Shown piece by piece: positions 35,655-36,045 of a stretch of DNA of 36,045 nt; position 1 is the stretch's first letter, and every line of letters starts with the position of its first letter. The notes under the pieces are model-generated. The model was not told where the DNA came from and searched no databases. It was given only the letters and a program-made list of their open reading frames with translations. A program made the translations under genes and the position numbers. This DNA is from a virus (Duplodnaviria; Caudoviricetes), in IMG/VR virus record IMGVR_UViG_3300016659_000147, positions 1 to 36,045 of that record. The stretch is one strand, 5' to 3'.

Positions 35655-36045
35655 ATGGCGGATATACAAACACAACTTCCGGTTAAATTAACAGATAATA
35701 CAAACACAGCAGCGATTACCGCTGGTTCTGCGTTAAAAGTTGATAACTCTTCCGTAACCCAGCCTGTTTCAGGTACTGTAACTGCTTCTCCTACCGGGAC
35801 TTACACAGTTACAGGTAGTTTGTCTGCAACAGTTATTGGTACTCAAACAGTAACAGGTCTCGGCACAGCAGGATTAGCCGATGCTGGTGTTATAACTGTT
35901 CAGGGCATAAGCGGCATGACCGCTTTAACAGTTGACGGTTCAGGTTTTACTCAGCCAGTTTCAGGAACAGTTACGGCATCTCCTACTGGCACATACACAG
36001 TTGACGGCACAGTAACCGTTGGAAACTCTATAACCATTGCTGATA
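35655..36045 (+). CDS. 3'-truncated Thr/Ser/Gly-rich repeat protein, probable fibre or virion surface protein
   Basis: SD AAGGAG; MADIQTQLPVKLTD...; TQPVSGTVTASPTGTYTV occurs twice; frame open to the window end. Confidence 0.75.
   Translation, partial: MADIQTQLPVKLTDNTNTAAITAGSALKVDNSSVTQPVSGTVTASPTGTYTVTGSLSATVIGTQTVTGLGTAGLADAGVITVQGISGMTALTVDGSGFTQPVSGTVTASPTGTYTVDGTVTVGNSITIAD

Noticed and set aside
135-35673. Numerous short antisense or alternate-frame ORFs in the track (e.g. 135-353, 7375-7668, 12436-12804, 19437-19757, 25531-26461, 34075-34338)
   Set aside because: They are shadows of well-supported genes, with no SD or recognisable motifs.
1-36045. tRNA, rRNA, CRISPR arrays, integrase or transposase
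   Set aside because: Intergenic gaps are short (about 100 nt or less), and none shows a cloverleaf, repeat-spacer pattern or recombinase motif by eye.

Overview
This 36-kb window is part of a large, AT-rich, T4-superfamily-like myophage genome (jumbo-phage style), read in the standard genetic code with SD-led genes. Left part: a contractile-tail module (sheath, two tube paralogues, a T4 gp26/gp51-like hub/chaperone gene), a gp55-like sigma factor, a GT2-TPR protein and a Cys-rich 4-gene cassette. Middle: a MoxR AAA+/HExxH-VWA pair, a Holliday-junction resolvase, a class II glutamine amidotransferase, CTP synthase, two methyltransferases and a class I ribonucleotide reductase carrying four inteins (three in nrdA, one in nrdB). 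Right part: SbcCD (gp46/47), a Dda-like helicase, further glycosyl- and methyltransferases, a caspase-like protease and the start of a Thr/Ser-rich fibre gene. Highlights not visible in the ORF track: (1) a probable programmed -1 frameshift (A AAT TTT TTC, 8448-8457) fusing the gp26-like ORF to an unannotated gp51-like ORF; (2) an amidotransferase whose catalytic N-terminal Cys is preceded by an ATT start codon and a strong SD; (3) a class Id-type (dimanganese) RNR with sister inteins at non-allelic sites in both subunits; (4) a possible split sigma (sigma2 + sigma4-like HTH); (5) a dispersed glycan-building and capping toolkit, including a WbdD-like methyltransferase-kinase fusion. All family calls come from motifs read by eye; no database searches were run.
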